Shown here in pieces: positions 63,874 to 64,000 of a stretch of 64,000 bases of DNA; position 1 is the first letter of the stretch, and each line of letters begins with the position of its first letter. The stretch is from IMG/VR virus record IMGVR_UViG_3300025707_000003, positions 128,001 to 192,000 of that record, one strand, 5' to 3'. The translations under genes and the position numbers were made by a program. The DNA comes from a virus. Taxonomy: Duplodnaviria > Caudoviricetes. The notes under the pieces were generated by a model, which worked only from the letters and a program-made list of their open reading frames with translations, made no database searches and had not been told where the DNA came from.

Positions 63874-64000
63874 ATGAACCAGCAAGCCATTGACGCAAAG
63901 ATCAAAGAGACACAATCTAAGATCAAAGAGTTGCATCCCAACTCTTGCACCTCATGTTCGGGTAGAGGTGGTCGGATAGTCCCTTCTTGGGAAGACAGTC
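63874..64000 (+). CDS. 3'-truncated ORF with CxxCxGxG motif
   Basis: MNQQAIDAKIKETQSKIKELHPNSCTSCSGRGG...; AGGAG RBS. Confidence 0.55.
   Translation, partial: MNQQAIDAKIKETQSKIKELHPNSCTSCSGRGGRIVPSWEDS

Noticed and set aside
1-64000. tRNA, rRNA or alternative genetic code
   Set aside because: No cloverleaf/T-loop or rRNA-like segments were recognised by eye (tRNAscan not run). Long ORFs end normally at TAA, TAG and TGA.

Overview
The window is a 64-kb segment of a large tailed dsDNA phage (jumbo-phage-like, standard genetic code, GGAG ribosome-binding sites). It holds a packaging region (putative TerS; TerL with a 420-aa LAGLIDADG intein in the Walker A motif), a minus-strand late operon (neck-like protein, Ig-like proteins, class III nucleotidyl cyclase), and a recombination/replication cluster (RecA, Cas4-like nuclease, beta-clamp-like protein, C-terminal half of an SbcC/Rad50-type ATPase, RuvC). 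It also holds a ~23-kb accessory block of short genes punctuated by a GTAACCCCTT motif (22 copies in the window, 21 in this block), and a structural region with a 3039-aa protein. The most striking unexplained pattern is a ~23-aa N-terminal leader, M[RK]R[ST]ASE[IV]IxxLExR[IV]ARLE[KRN]. It is fused to 7 otherwise unrelated minus-strand cargo proteins, with one truncated relic and 2-3 diverged versions. Most of these genes lie 35-53 nt downstream of a conserved 13-mer motif. Synonymous divergence between copies shows the leader is conserved as peptide, and a 74-bp direct repeat plus the relic point to cassette turnover. I infer a capsid-targeting/injected-effector cassette system. A second pattern is an 8-member paralogous family of ~105-125-aa proteins with an 'xExGF ... 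IRxVW' signature. All family assignments come from motif recognition by eye; no database searches were run.
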